From Amoebophrya sp. A120 (taxonomy: Eukaryota > Protista > Dinoflagellata), in NCBI GenBank assembly GCA_905178155.1, contig CAJINV010000003.1, positions 1,253,560 to 1,317,559 of the forward strand: 64,000 nt of DNA. The letters run 5' to 3'. Shown here one piece after another: positions 51,631 through 63,262 of the stretch; position 1 is the first letter of the stretch; every line of letters begins with the position of its first letter. The position numbers were made by a program, and so were the translations under genes. The notes beneath the pieces are model-generated. The model was given only the letters and a program-made list of their open reading frames with translations, was not told the origin of the DNA and ran no database searches.

Positions 51631-53322
51631 TCACCACTTGCGGTACTTCTTTTCTTCGAGCAGCGTTTGCTTAGCCTGCGCCTGACTGATGAAAAACAAC
51701 TGCGGCTCGATTTTTAGCATCACACGCAGTCTTTCAGGGGGGGAAGCAGACACCGCACCGGACCCTTCCCCGCCGCCGCAAGTCCTACCCACGCTGTCCT
51801 TCTTGGAAGCATCAACGTAAAATTCACTCATCACACCCGAGTCGGTTTCGCGCCACGATAGTTCGGGGTGAATCGCCTTCAGAATCAGTTTGTAGATGTC
51901 GCAAACCGACCTCTTATCGGCGGAACAAAACTGTTTCAGGCGAATGCACTTCGGGCAGCCTTCCGGTTTGTGCCGACCGTGCGGATGGTGGTCCCACAGC
52001 ATCTCGAGAAAATGCGCTTCGACGAATGCTCCGCAACCGGTACAGGCTTGTTTCGGCTTCTCGTTCTTGGCATTGCGCCACTGGTTGAATCGCGCGTCGC
52101 GGTTCTCCTCGTAGTCCCAAAACACGCAGGTGCAACCGACCATGGCTTTGCGCTCCAGATCGACACCGCAGCCGAAGCAGGTCGTGTCATCGCTGTTCAA
52201 GGTGGCAGTCGAATCGCGGCGCGTCACCTGCAAACCGCGACTACGCTCGCCGTCATCAAGACGCAAACTCGCGAAGCGCTCGAAGAGAGCTCGGTCCGCG
52301 TCATCCTCGCGGTAGTTGGTTGCGAGACCCGTTCTTGCACTCTGCGCCCTTGGGTCCTGATCCGGGGGCTGGTCGAGGTAAATACCCCAAGCCTTGATGG
52401 AACTCCAGTTTTTTTTCCGCATTCGTTCAAAGGGTTGCGGGTCGTCTCTTTGCGATTCGCGATCCCGCAGGCCGCAATCGCAAGAAAACTGGGCGTACAA
52501 CTGGTATTCCTCAAAGTTGACAAGCTCCCGGAGTTTCGCCGGTTTGGTCAATCGTGCCAGCAAATCTGCTGGAATGCCGGCGCAAGCAACACCGTCTACC
52601 GGAGAAAACCGCCGCTGTCCGCTACCGCCGGCGGAACCACCGGCCTCCTCGGTCGAGGAGCGTTGCGAGTCCAACAGATTCTTCACTTCCTTGTTCTGCA
52701 GGCCCTTTCCGAAGAGCTTCGAGATCGCCAGCTTGTGCTTGATGTGCATTTCGGGCATATCGCGGCCGTCGAATTCATGCTGTGGGATGAGCGACAACAC
52801 GGCTTCGAGCTGCTTCAAATCTGCTACTGGGGTACTCGCTGCAGCCGCATTCGGAAAGTGTAAGCTGTTCTCGTTGAAAACATGCACGTCGACAATCAGC
52901 TTGGACTTGCCGGTGATGAAACCCTCAAACTGCGGCAGCTCCTGTTCGACGTCGCTCGCGTTGCGGCCTCCGCGCATCTTGTCTTTGAGGCGCCTGACCT
53001 CTACGCGCCGGAGTGCCCGTTCATTCTCCTCCGCCCTGCGATCGCTTCCGACTTCTCGGCGGATGTCGTGGACGGGGTCTCGGGAGTAAACGGCGCCGCC
53101 TTTTTCGGGTCGCACAAGGACCATGCGGCCACCATCGATGATCAGATTGGCGACGTAGTCATTCTTGCCGCACTTCTCTAGGAGAACACGCGTGTCCTCG
53201 CCCCGTCCGTCGCCATGAACGCAGCGTATCACATCAAGAACCGAGTAAGTCACGCCGTACTTCGTTCTTTCGTTCCAGTACAACTGGATCTTTTCCCCCC
53301 TGGTCGGTGTGAAGACGACCAT
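51631..53322 (-). CDS. Hypothetical 563-aa protein with a C-terminal Cys/His cluster (RING/PHD-like zinc finger)
   Basis: Intronless ORF with CFGC…CTC…CTGC…H…CPKC spacing, flanked by AT-rich intergenic DNA. Confidence 0.75.
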   Translation of the reverse strand: MVVFTPTRGEKIQLYWNERTKYGVTYSVLDVIRCVHGDGRGEDTRVLLEKCGKNDYVANLIIDGGRMVLVRPEKGGAVYSRDPVHDIRREVGSDRRAEENERALRRVEVRRLKDKMRGGRNASDVEQELPQFEGFITGKSKLIVDVHVFNENSLHFPNAAAASTPVADLKQLEAVLSLIPQHEFDGRDMPEMHIKHKLAISKLFGKGLQNKEVKNLLDSQRSSTEEAGGSAGGSGQRRFSPVDGVACAGIPADLLARLTKPAKLRELVNFEEYQLYAQFSCDCGLRDRESQRDDPQPFERMRKKNWSSIKAWGIYLDQPPDQDPRAQSARTGLATNYREDDADRALFERFASLRLDDGERSRGLQVTRRDSTATLNSDDTTCFGCGVDLERKAMVGCTCVFWDYEENRDARFNQWRNAKNEKPKQACTGCGAFVEAHFLEMLWDHHPHGRHKPEGCPKCIRLKQFCSADKRSVCDIYKLILKAIHPELSWRETDSGVMSEFYVDASKKDSVGRTCGGGEGSGAVSASPPERLRVMLKIEPQLFFISQAQAKQTLLEEKKYRKW

Positions 53323-54206
53323 CTTTGGCTATCAGCTGCGCGCCCGAAATTTTCGGTGCAATCAAGCCTGCAACGAATCGCCCCCCTGAACGACGAGCTC
53401 CTATAGAACGAAATTATCCGCTGATGATGATGATGATTAGTTCGAGCGAAATTATCCGCTGGAAGATGTCACAAAAACAAGATTACCCTCACAAATTCAA
53501 ATTCTGGTCGGGGTGAACTTCTCTCAGATAAATTTTGTGATTACACGGGCCGCAAGCTCAGGCTAGTCTCTCTCTGGCGTTGGAAACGAATGTCCATGCA
53601 TCCTCGGGCGCGGACCTCTCATGCCTGCAGCTGCCAGCGGGACACACTTCACCAAATCTTCTTCTCGAACACGTGGCTTGTTTCAGCCTTTTCAAAATTC
53701 GCATTACATTTATTGTGCCCGTGAATACAACAGATCGATTGTGGATAGCCATATCATGATTGCAACCAGGATGGACTTGCGTATGCGTTCGAGCTCATAC
53801 TACAACATAGGTATTACCACCTTGCGCAACAATCCAAAATGATTTTCTATACTACACTTGTGGTCGGTTCAGGAAGATCGGTGCTACACCGTACTGAATT
53901 TTCCTTGGTTCTTCATCCAAGGTGGGTCTTTTATCCAACATACTTTTGCAGTAAGTACTTCGATCATGTGTTTCCTGCGATGATAGGTCCTTATTTTCAG
54001 GGAACTCCCTCACCTGTTATTGTAGATATCTCACTTTAGAAAGTAGAAATTGGGTCGAAGCCGCGTTGTTTCATAATACCGCGCTTTTCCTTTTTGCAAA
54101 TTCATCTGACAAGAAAATAAGTTGCAGAATTTTTTTTTTCACTCCATGTCACCCAGGTAAATAGCGTTTATGACTTCATCTTTTTTCGAACGCATTTCGA
54201 AGAATA

Positions 54207-57200
54207 TCACTGCTCTTCGGCCCACCACTCTTGTTCACCCGCCGCGTCCTCCGCTTGACCGCCCTCCGCCCACTCCGCTTCCTCACCCGCCCACTCTTCA
54301 CCCCACACGCCTTCCGCGCCCCAGGCGGTTTCCGCAGCACCCTCTTGCCAGTACTCGGCGGCGTTTTCGTCCCAGTTTGTTTCGGCCGCACCACCCCACT
54401 CCGCGTTCCAGTCCTCCGCACCTGCTCCCTCCCAGTTACCCTCCGCGTTTTCTTCGTCCCAGTGCTCCGTAGCGTCCCATTCTTGTCCGCCCGCCGCCGC
54501 GGCTACCGCTCCGTACTGCTCCCACTCCCACGCAGCCCACTCTTCGGCGGTGTACTCCACCTCTTCCGCGAGAGCTCCTGCAGTGGTTCCACCTTCGCCT
54601 TCTACCAACGCCGTGTCGGGGGCGCTCGCGGTTTTGCTTTTTCTACTGCTGTATCCCTCGGGGTGGACAGCTCCCGCCGTTGTTGCGCTGCGCGTCGGAA
54701 GATCCGCCTTGCTAGCCGCAGCCGCTCCGGGCCGCACATTTCCCAGACCGGTGCTTGCTGTGGCCGCACTGCGACTTTGTCTTGTAACTGCAGCAGCACT
54801 ACTTCTCGGGCTAATCACAACCGCAGGTCTGGCCGTCGCGCTTTGCTTCCGCAAGGATGGCAGCTTTGACGTCGCGAAGGAGCCGCGCTGCGATTGTGCT
54901 TGCTCGAAAGCGCCGGTGATTGCCGGTTTCTGCTGCTTCAGCGACAGACTGCCGGTCGGCACCTGCGCCCCAGATTGCGCCTCCTGCAAAGCAGACGCAC
55001 CGAGTACTGGTGGATTGGCCTGCAGCAGCTGCTGGTAGTACTGGTGATCTTTCAGCAAACTCGCCTCGCGCTTAAACGCGTCCTCCCGTTCTTGCAGCAG
55101 TGTTTTGATCACAGTGGAATGGTCGAAGGTGGCTTGAGGCACATCCTGCTCCGCGACAAACTTGTTTTCCATCAAAGGGTGAAACATGGGCTGCGACTGC
55201 ACGCTCCTCGCGTTCGGACTCAGCATGCTGCGCGCGGACCGCTGCGCCGCGGGCCGGGTGGGTTGCTTCCCGCTCAGCAGTCGGACCCTAGAAAAGTTGC
55301 GTGTATGATGAAAATCAAGATCGACGTCTAGGATGTGTTTCGCAAACAGAAACCTGTCCTGTCCATCGTGCATCGTGAGCACAACCTCCTGCGAAATAAA
55401 ATCCACATCAATTCGTACCTGCTTGGGGACAGCGCTTGGGATTGGAGCCTTGCTTGCGTTGGTGACACGACCACCATCGTTGGCGACCGGGCGCCGGTGG
55501 GGCTGCGGAGGCGAATCCGCTCCCGCCCACGGAGAAATTTTCTCCAGTCGAGGTCCCCGTCCTTCTGCAGACCCCAGACTTCGCAGAACCGGTACAGTGC
55601 CGCCACCCGATCCGCGTGGTCTTGGCCAATGTTGAGCTGCGCGATGGTGAGGGGGTAGTTCACCTTTTCGAGAAACGCGATAGCCACCTCGGACAGGAGC
55701 TCCGTGAAGTAGAGGAAGTCAATGGGCTCCTTTCTCGGCCCAAACTTTTCGTGGAAATTATCCGCGGGCTCCTGAGTGACCTCGAGCAAACCAAAACTCT
55801 GCACGAACAGATGCCACTGGTACACGGAAACCCACTGTATTTTCCCACTAGTACTCGTCGTGCTCTCTGCGTCCGCGCGCGCGAAATAGCTAGGTTTTTT
55901 GTTCGCATTTAAAATGACGAGAACCTAGAAAGTAAAAGAGCAACAGCAAACACCATTTACTAACTACCTTTCCTAACAAGCGCATTCTGAAAAAGGTAAA
56001 GTTGGAAACAGATCAAAAAGCTGCGGCGCTCATGTAAAACTAACTGTTTACTGAAAAATTTCCTGCAACGCCCGGCGCACCGCGTGACTGGCTCTGGCAT
56101 CCACTTTTTTGATCGCGCGGCGCACCACCGCAGTTGCGAATTCCGGCGTCGGAAAAACGATGTCCTTGTCCACGGGCAGTGGGGGCATTGTCCGCGACAC
56201 CGAGGCCGGAACGACTTTGTACTCCCGGCTTGCGGTGGCGGCTCGCGGACTGATGCAGCTCTCCTTGTCCACGCTGGCAAACGTCAGCTGCAGCAGCCTG
56301 CGGGACAGCGTCTGCTGAATCTGCTGGACCGCCGTCAGGTCTGTCTGGGACACCCCGTCGCGGTCCGCGGCGGCGGCGCTGAAGGCACTGTTCAGCGTCG
56401 CTTTTGTCGACGTGGAAGCCGTGCTGGTGGTCGTCGTGTCCGGGGCGTGGATCTGCTGCCACTCCTTGCAGATCTTGATCAGGCCGTCGAGGAAGCCCTG
56501 CGCGGAGAGATAAGCCGGGTTGCGCACATACCGGTCCGGCGCCGCGTGGGTCGCGGGCGCGTTGGAGGGGTAGCGTGCGGGGCCGTAGCGTAGACTCGGG
56601 CTCGTCACGGCGGGCGGGGCGATCTCTATTCCGAGGAGGTCCGGATGGTCGATTTGCAGCGAGGACATCGGGAGAGCCGTCTGCTGTTGTTCGACCGGCG
56701 TTTTCTTCCCGGTGCTTGACCCGGCGTCGGGCTGCCTGTTTCGGTTTCGGGTGGGGAGATAATTTGTGATAAAGCTTGCCAGCTAGCTTTATCTCATGTA
56801 CGAAAAAATCTCTCCTGGTGGTAAAAATCATATCTTTATATGCGAATACTTCGCCTGCGGGCTGCTCCCCAGCGTGCCCGCTTCTCGTGCGCGCCAGAAC
56901 GCAAGAAACTCTGCTTCGATATCTGCCGGCGATAATCCATTGATTTTCTTGGGGGTTGCGTCCGTGGCTGTGTCGCCAACATCCGCGCGCTCTCCGTCTG
57001 CTCCCAGCACACTCGCATTCTCACTGCTCGCCTTCGGGTCCGCATTGTTGCCAGCCTCTTCTTCTACCTGCTCTCCCTGCGCAACGGCGTCTCGAAGAAT
57101 GATGTCGATCACCTGAAAAGAGAGCGTCGAAAGCGGATCTGCTTTTTTTGACGGAAGCTGCAATGGAATGAATCGCTATGCGATCTTCAGAAAAATTAAT

Positions 57201-57350
57201 CATGCAATCACTATTTCTACGAAAATCCAATACTCTTCGGACGGCTGCCGATGTGACCGACCCTGCGTCTACAGATTCCGTCGATCCACGCCGCGTTTGC
57301 GGCGCATCCGCCTCGGGGTCTGCTTTCTCGACGGGATCTTCCTCGGCCAT
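54207..57350 (-). CDS. Five-exon hypothetical protein with a possible degenerate EF-hand-like segment and an acidic Trp-rich C-terminal tail
   Basis: ORF segments 57350-57234, 57112-~56850, ~56735-56052, ~55847-55419 and ~55287-54207 are joined by phase-consistent GT-AG introns (AGA|GTATTG…TTTCAG|GTG; AG|GTACGA…TTCTAG|G). Confidence 0.8.
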
Positions 57351-57861
57351 TTGCTATTTAAAACTGCTCAGCAAGTTTCTTATCATCTATTCTGCATGAA
57401 CACCTTGCTCCGTCTCGCTAAAAAAAAATGTCCACTTCTCGCCCGCTCCCGCGCTCAAAAGAAAAGCTCTCTAATAGTTTCGCGAGTAATGCCACCGTCT
57501 CGCATTTTCTCTCTCACGATGTTCAACAACCTGAAAGAACCAACACACGGCAGCAGCAAAAACAAAAAAAGTTTTCTGCTCTCTTGTAGTCCTAGCATGA
57601 GCAGCACCAAATTGAAAGAGCTTCATGTGATAAATGCAAAACTTTTGCGTTGGAAACAACTTCGACAAAAATCCCGCCATCGTAGTCTCTTCGCTTTATG
57701 TACCAGTGCTACAACATTTCGAACAAGAATCGTACTTGCGTTCTTTCATTTTCGGGCATCGAAAATAATTCGTGTGTTTTCAGAATTGGCACGGACGCAA
57801 GGCCAGCAAAAAACTTCCTCGACGGTGGCGCGTCTGGACCCGAGGCAATCAACTGGCGATT

Positions 57862-60800
57862 TCACCATCCACACGGCGGCTGCAACCTGCGGCCGCTTGT
57901 GTGTGTGGTTCCGCACGAGGTGTCGTTCAGAATCTTCACCTCTGCCCGAAGCTCCGCGACGTCTTTGAAATCGGTAAAAATTAGAGGTCGACTCTGCGAC
58001 GGTAGAGGAACGTGACTTTCCGCCTCGTCGCATTTGCGACTCTCGAACGCTGCGGCCCCTATCCTTGCTTCCTCGTGCAGAGATCGTCGCTTCTGGTGCG
58101 CCTTTATAGCAGAAAGCCGCGCCAAATATGACGCAGCTTCAGCTACCACATTCGGCGAAACAGAAAAAAGTATACTAGCATTTTTCCCACGACCCGTGGC
58201 CTCCCCACTCACTTCCGGAGCAAGCAACTTCTCATATTTCTGGCGCAGCTGTTTTCTGCATTGGTCCAAATTGTTAAACTGAAACGTTGCTTTCCCGCTT
58301 ACGGAACCGCTTCCGGGAGAAAGTACTTTCTTGATGAATCGGCAGAAGTAATCCTTTTCGTCCTGGGACAAGGTCGCAGCAGCCACGATTCTTTCGCGAA
58401 ACCCAGACGTCGGATCCGGCAGCGCCGCCGGCTCGCTTCCAGGATCAGACCAAAATGTCCGTGCCGCCAGACTCAAGACGTGGGCGACGCACTGCTGTGA
58501 ATTCGCAGGAACAGCCTTGAAAACCTGCGCAAGTTGCCCAACCGCTCGGATCAGTGTGAGTTTCGTATCCGTAGTACCAGTCTCTGTGCGTCCAGAGAAG
58601 AACAACCCTTGAAATCTTTGCAGAACCTCAGGGCTTCCACTCTCTACCGCGACGAGCCACAAATTCGCGATTGTAGCACGGCGGAGGCTAGCATCCGGAA
58701 TGTCGGCACGTAAAGTACGGATAACCGCCAGTATGCCGAGCTGCGTGATGTCGTTTGATAATATCGCCTTCCTCTCCGTTTCACTTTTGGTACTCCGCAG
58801 TGCAACAAGCAAATCACGCTGAACGAATGCTCGAGCGAAGGCGTCGTGCCGCTCTTCGTTTAGAAGACGACACACTGTACCAGTTTCCGTGGCAGAGTCC
58901 CGAACGTCGCCCGTCGTGCTGTTTTCCGTTAGCTCAGTCGGCGCAGGGAGACAGGCCCGCAGGAGTGCAGGCAGTTCCATCATGAACCTCGGAACAGCCC
59001 ACTGATCACGCAGAGACGAGTTTAGCGTCCCTTCACGCTCAGACGCAGCCTGCGCGCGCAACTGCACGTCCATGTTTTGCGTCGGAAAAGAACCATCGGA
59101 AGCCGTGGGACTCTGCGTGTTTTTGACACGCTCAAGAAAATTCGACGTGTATTCTTCACAGTAGCAGATTACAAAATGCTGGACCACTGCGGCGTGCTGT
59201 GTGCCCGTAGGAGTCGTGGTCTTCCCATTTTCAGTGCCCATATTAACGCGCATCACTTTACGCAGCTCCTCTTCGGAGACATTGCGACTCTCCAGCGCGT
59301 TTGCCACTGCTTTCACAAAATCGAAGACGTCACCAGCTCTAGCATCGCACCTCGCTACATTTCCCGAGGTGATGAGATCGCTCGATTTTCGAATCGGTTC
59401 CGGACCCTCGGGAAAAGCATTACTGTCTCCAACGACCAAGGCCACCACGGAGCAGAGTTTCTGCAACGATGCAAACTGCACGTCAACGCTGGACCCAAGC
59501 ACCACTTCAACCAAGGCCTGCCCGAAGCCCTCTGCATCGAACTCGCCAAGGCCAGCTTCAGATTGACACTGAAGCAAAGTCTCCAGACTCAGATGGCGTG
59601 TGGCGTTCGTCTCGACAATAATTCCAAACGCGGCATAGCTTAACTTGAACTGTCGAACGTCCCGGTTTTGTGCCTCGTCCGGAATTTCCAAGATTCGAAG
59701 TAAAGTACTTCGCAGTAGCTCCGGATCCCCCACTTTGCATATTGCTCTGAAGACAGGCTCGCTGTCCAGATCCATATACGGCAACATCTGCGGCAGCATT
59801 GGAGTCATGTCGTTGTCGGCCTGCCAAATGAAAAACTTCACTGCAGACGACGCGAACCCGGGCATGGGAATGGTTTCGAAGAGCGCATGCTTCATTCTGG
59901 TTTGCCAACTATCAGAAGCAGTCGCTGCCTTCGCCTGGCTGGGACCACTTGCGTCGCCTTCGGAATTCCCCAGTTGCTGCATTCGCGCCGGGGTTGCTTG
60001 AAACAGCATCTGCAACGCCCTGTGCAAAGATAGCTGTGGCAGGTGCAGCGCGTCTGCGGTGTCTTCGTCTGCTGGTGACTCCCCGGGGGCGGCGACGGAC
60101 TCGTCCTCGTCGTTGTAATCTTCGTAACTAAACTCTTGGAGTAAAAACGGAAGGGCCCGCGATATTAACTGGATCCTGTTCGACCCACAAATGAGACGCT
60201 GCACGAACCCACTCCCGAAATTCAAGTAAGGCAAAATCTTCGGAAAGAATTCTAGTGCCCTTTCGTGATTGAGAAAAGCTTCGATAACTCCGCGACGGAA
60301 GATGCTGCCACATATCCTCGCCGCCCGCCCGGGATAATCATGACTAGGCTCTGGAACCATTCCAAGCAGCGTTGGGTTGCCATGCCCGTCTGCGTCCACT
60401 CTGCGCCGCTTCGAGGGAGGTGCCTCAGCGTCGGAATTGTCCTCGGGTTCCTCTGACAACTCAACTTTCGCGTCGTGGCTTTTCGCGCTTCCGAAAAAGC
60501 GATCGACCACGAGCTCCGGCGCGGTGTGATTGACTTTCGGTAGATCCTTTTGGGCCAGTCGAACCAAGCGCCGCAGTGCTTCCGTGTCACCAGATGGGCC
60601 TTTCTTCGCAGCGGTGACAGGACGTTGTTCCTCAGTCCCTCGAGAATCCTCGGCCCGAGTCTGTCCATGATCTGCGGAAATGGGCCCTCCCGCGACCGCC
60701 GGCTCCTCGCAGACGAATGGCGTGAGGTCCTTCCTTCTGTGGAAGGCGTTGTCCAAGTTGTGCAGTCGCGCGAGCAAAATTGTGGTACGGTACCAATACT

Positions 60801-62736
60801 TCTCGTGCGCGCCCTCGTTTCCATAATCTTCTTGGACATTTTTGCTCATTTTCCCCCACACGTCCTGCATCGTGGCACCCTCCTGCCAGTAGTTTACCAC
60901 GTCGGGCTCGCGGTCGTCTTCGTCGCGCGACGCCAAGCTTCTTCGGTAACTGAATTCGAAGCTTCCACTGTGGCGGTTGCTTGGGGACAAGGGGCAGAGG
61001 GTTTCCAACAGATCAGAATTTGGAAGCAGCTTCGGGTGAAAAAACCGGTGGTTCGCCGGATCGCAGTCAGTCTCATCGCCGGACTTTTCGGATGGCGGGA
61101 ACGAATATTCGGCGTAGTTCGCCGGATCGTAGTCAGTCTCATCTCTGGATTCTTCGGACGGCGGGAACGAATATTGGGCATTGTCGTAGACGTCGCAGTC
61201 GGCCGTTCCAGGCGTATTCGATTCCTCAGGAGTGCTGCCGGCATCCTGGTTGTAGCTTGAAGAAGACGGATCGGCCAACGTGTTGACTTCCTCGATTCGG
61301 CAGTACGATTCGCCACTCAAGTGCTCCGTGCCGATTTTGACCTGGGCAAGCTGGAATCTGAACCTCGCATACCCCGGAAGACGCGCGTTAGCCGCCTGTA
61401 GAAGTCTGATCAGCACTCTGTCCTTTCCGCGCATGCCGCGCGGATGGAGGTCCATCAAAGAATACCTACCCGAAAGTGCCCAGCAAAACTTCGGGAGAGG
61501 AGACTCGGAGTCTTTCAAAACGCGCACGTCGGAGGTGCCCGTCTCTTCACAATCTAAACCAGCACACCGTCTGAGCAGAGCGACCATCTTTTCTTCTGCC
61601 GAGGCAGCAAAGGGCGACGTCGCTCGGAGGTGGACGCTCTCTTCTCCCGACCAACACAGTCCATACACTAGGACGCATCGGCATCCTGCAGTAATCGGCG
61701 AAACCTCGTGCTCTACGTCGCAGTAGAAGCTGTAAAACTTCGGAATCGCACCACAGTCCACCACGGGAACCGGCCTTGCATCCAAGCTTGCACTGCGTTC
61801 AGAAGAGCCGAGGTCTATCGTAACCTCCTGGTTGCCGTTGCTGCTTTGGCAGGTGACACCGCCCCCGGTAAACTCCGACGGAAGCTGAATTATCAGGGTC
61901 GCGAACATCCCAGGAAACTTTTGTGTATCGCGGTGCTTCTTGAAGTGGCCTCCCGGGGGATAGAGGAGCAGCTTGTAGAGTTTGGCCTCGACCTTCTCGC
62001 CGAAGGAGCAGCACCCGAGTGCCGGGGCGATCTGGTGCTTCACTAACTGCGATACCCCCTCTGCAAACGCCTCTTCGTTTACGAGAAAAAATCCCTTCTG
62101 CGAAGTGTCTTGAGGCCGCCCAGTGTCCGCCGCCGAAGTTTTCCTTTCCTTACTGGGTGGCACTGGCGAGAGTTGGTAGGTCAGTCGAAAGCTCGTATCG
62201 ACGACGGTAGTAGCTCCGTGCCCGTACGGGGCTACTTCGAAGTGCTCGACGAGTTCGGCTAAATGCGCGGGGTAGTCCTTTGGGCTCGGTGTCGTTAGGT
62301 GCTTCCCTCTGATTGGCAGTGGCAGCATACCGTAGTTTGAGATGTACACGCCCGGATTCGGAAGCTTAGCGGCGCTGCCCGAACATGCAATGCTCGAGGA
62401 GGGAAAGCTGTCCGAATTTCTTTTTGGCTTTGCTTCCTGCGCCAAATTCAGCCGACTGGCGCCGCTATCGCGAGGCCCGGGGTTGTCCTCGCCGTTTCTT
62501 ACTGCGGCAGGCGAGATAGCAGAAAAGCACTGCGCCACCATCCTCTTCAAACGATTCGGCTTGACATCGGCGAGGCATATCGTCTTATTCCTGCACGACG
62601 TGTCAAAAATCCGGGAGGGAACGTTTTCCTCCAGTCGCTCATGCGCTTCGCTAGCCTTGCTTCCGTCGTCGCGGCTGTTCGAATCCTCGCGACGATCGGA
62701 GGCGGTGTGCCGATCCCGGCGTCCCCGGCTGCTCAT
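57862..62736 (-). CDS. 2OG-Fe(II) oxygenase superfamily protein (2OG-FeII_Oxy_3-like N-terminal domain), 1624 aa
   Basis: Motifs APYGHGATTVVDTSFRLTYQL, LYKLLLYPPGGHFKKHRDTQKFPGMFATLIIQLPSEFTGG and FYCDVEHEVSPITAGCRCVLVYGL give the HxD…H facial triad and the 2OG-binding R. The downstream DYGNEGAHEKYWYRTTILL motif is typical of this subfamily. Confidence 0.9.
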   Translation of the reverse strand: MSSRGRRDRHTASDRREDSNSRDDGSKASEAHERLEENVPSRIFDTSCRNKTICLADVKPNRLKRMVAQCFSAISPAAVRNGEDNPGPRDSGASRLNLAQEAKPKRNSDSFPSSSIACSGSAAKLPNPGVYISNYGMLPLPIRGKHLTTPSPKDYPAHLAELVEHFEVAPYGHGATTVVDTSFRLTYQLSPVPPSKERKTSAADTGRPQDTSQKGFFLVNEEAFAEGVSQLVKHQIAPALGCCSFGEKVEAKLYKLLLYPPGGHFKKHRDTQKFPGMFATLIIQLPSEFTGGGVTCQSSNGNQEVTIDLGSSERSASLDARPVPVVDCGAIPKFYSFYCDVEHEVSPITAGCRCVLVYGLCWSGEESVHLRATSPFAASAEEKMVALLRRCAGLDCEETGTSDVRVLKDSESPLPKFCWALSGRYSLMDLHPRGMRGKDRVLIRLLQAANARLPGYARFRFQLAQVKIGTEHLSGESYCRIEEVNTLADPSSSSYNQDAGSTPEESNTPGTADCDVYDNAQYSFPPSEESRDETDYDPANYAEYSFPPSEKSGDETDCDPANHRFFHPKLLPNSDLLETLCPLSPSNRHSGSFEFSYRRSLASRDEDDREPDVVNYWQEGATMQDVWGKMSKNVQEDYGNEGAHEKYWYRTTILLARLHNLDNAFHRRKDLTPFVCEEPAVAGGPISADHGQTRAEDSRGTEEQRPVTAAKKGPSGDTEALRRLVRLAQKDLPKVNHTAPELVVDRFFGSAKSHDAKVELSEEPEDNSDAEAPPSKRRRVDADGHGNPTLLGMVPEPSHDYPGRAARICGSIFRRGVIEAFLNHERALEFFPKILPYLNFGSGFVQRLICGSNRIQLISRALPFLLQEFSYEDYNDEDESVAAPGESPADEDTADALHLPQLSLHRALQMLFQATPARMQQLGNSEGDASGPSQAKAATASDSWQTRMKHALFETIPMPGFASSAVKFFIWQADNDMTPMLPQMLPYMDLDSEPVFRAICKVGDPELLRSTLLRILEIPDEAQNRDVRQFKLSYAAFGIIVETNATRHLSLETLLQCQSEAGLGEFDAEGFGQALVEVVLGSSVDVQFASLQKLCSVVALVVGDSNAFPEGPEPIRKSSDLITSGNVARCDARAGDVFDFVKAVANALESRNVSEEELRKVMRVNMGTENGKTTTPTGTQHAAVVQHFVICYCEEYTSNFLERVKNTQSPTASDGSFPTQNMDVQLRAQAASEREGTLNSSLRDQWAVPRFMMELPALLRACLPAPTELTENSTTGDVRDSATETGTVCRLLNEERHDAFARAFVQRDLLVALRSTKSETERKAILSNDITQLGILAVIRTLRADIPDASLRRATIANLWLVAVESGSPEVLQRFQGLFFSGRTETGTTDTKLTLIRAVGQLAQVFKAVPANSQQCVAHVLSLAARTFWSDPGSEPAALPDPTSGFRERIVAAATLSQDEKDYFCRFIKKVLSPGSGSVSGKATFQFNNLDQCRKQLRQKYEKLLAPEVSGEATGRGKNASILFSVSPNVVAEAASYLARLSAIKAHQKRRSLHEEARIGAAAFESRKCDEAESHVPLPSQSRPLIFTDFKDVAELRAEVKILNDTSCGTTHTSGRRLQPPCGW
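61051..61182. repeat. 66-bp in-frame tandem duplication (22 aa)
   Basis: AQYSFPPSEESRDETDYDPANY / AEYSFPPSEKSGDETDCDPANH in the oxygenase ORF. Confidence 0.9.
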
Positions 62737-63262
62737 TGTGCGAGAGCGAAATATTTTCTATCTGAGTGATAAAACGCAAGCGCGGGTCCGCTTGTCTACG
62801 CGAGGACAACAGTCGCTAGATGCGCTTGGGCATCGAAAAATTTCATAGAGGACCTCGTCAGGCAGAATAGAAACATTGAAACGAAATCGTGAATTGCATT
62901 CAGTCTGGTAGACGGACTGGAATTTGGACTTGTTCGCAACAATGGGCTTGCACGCAGGTCGTAGCACGCGTCTTTGCTTAGTCGTGCTGATCACGCGCAA
63001 CTTGGGACAGGGATTATTTCTTCATCTTCAGCAATTTCGCGTGTGCCATTGGCAGATGATTCTCTCTCACGAAAAAGTGGTACCCGTTTGGACGGACCGC
63101 TGCCGTCCTCATAATTTTGATCATCATTGACTCGTCGCAAGGGCATTCCTGATACTTTTGCGAAGAATGACAGCCGAGCTTTCTCATCAATATCTTTCTC
63201 CGCCGCTTGCGTTGTGTATATGCATATCGCGCTGCGCCAACATTTGATCCTTGTGGAGCCCC

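Noticed and set aside
51868-53089. Long plus-strand ORFs (331 and 231 aa) and similar ones opposite other genes
   Set aside because: Antisense shadows of the minus-strand CDSs.
53409-53461. Direct repeat CGAAATTATCCGCTG twice upstream of the 563-aa gene
   Set aside because: A single short local duplication with no evidence of function.
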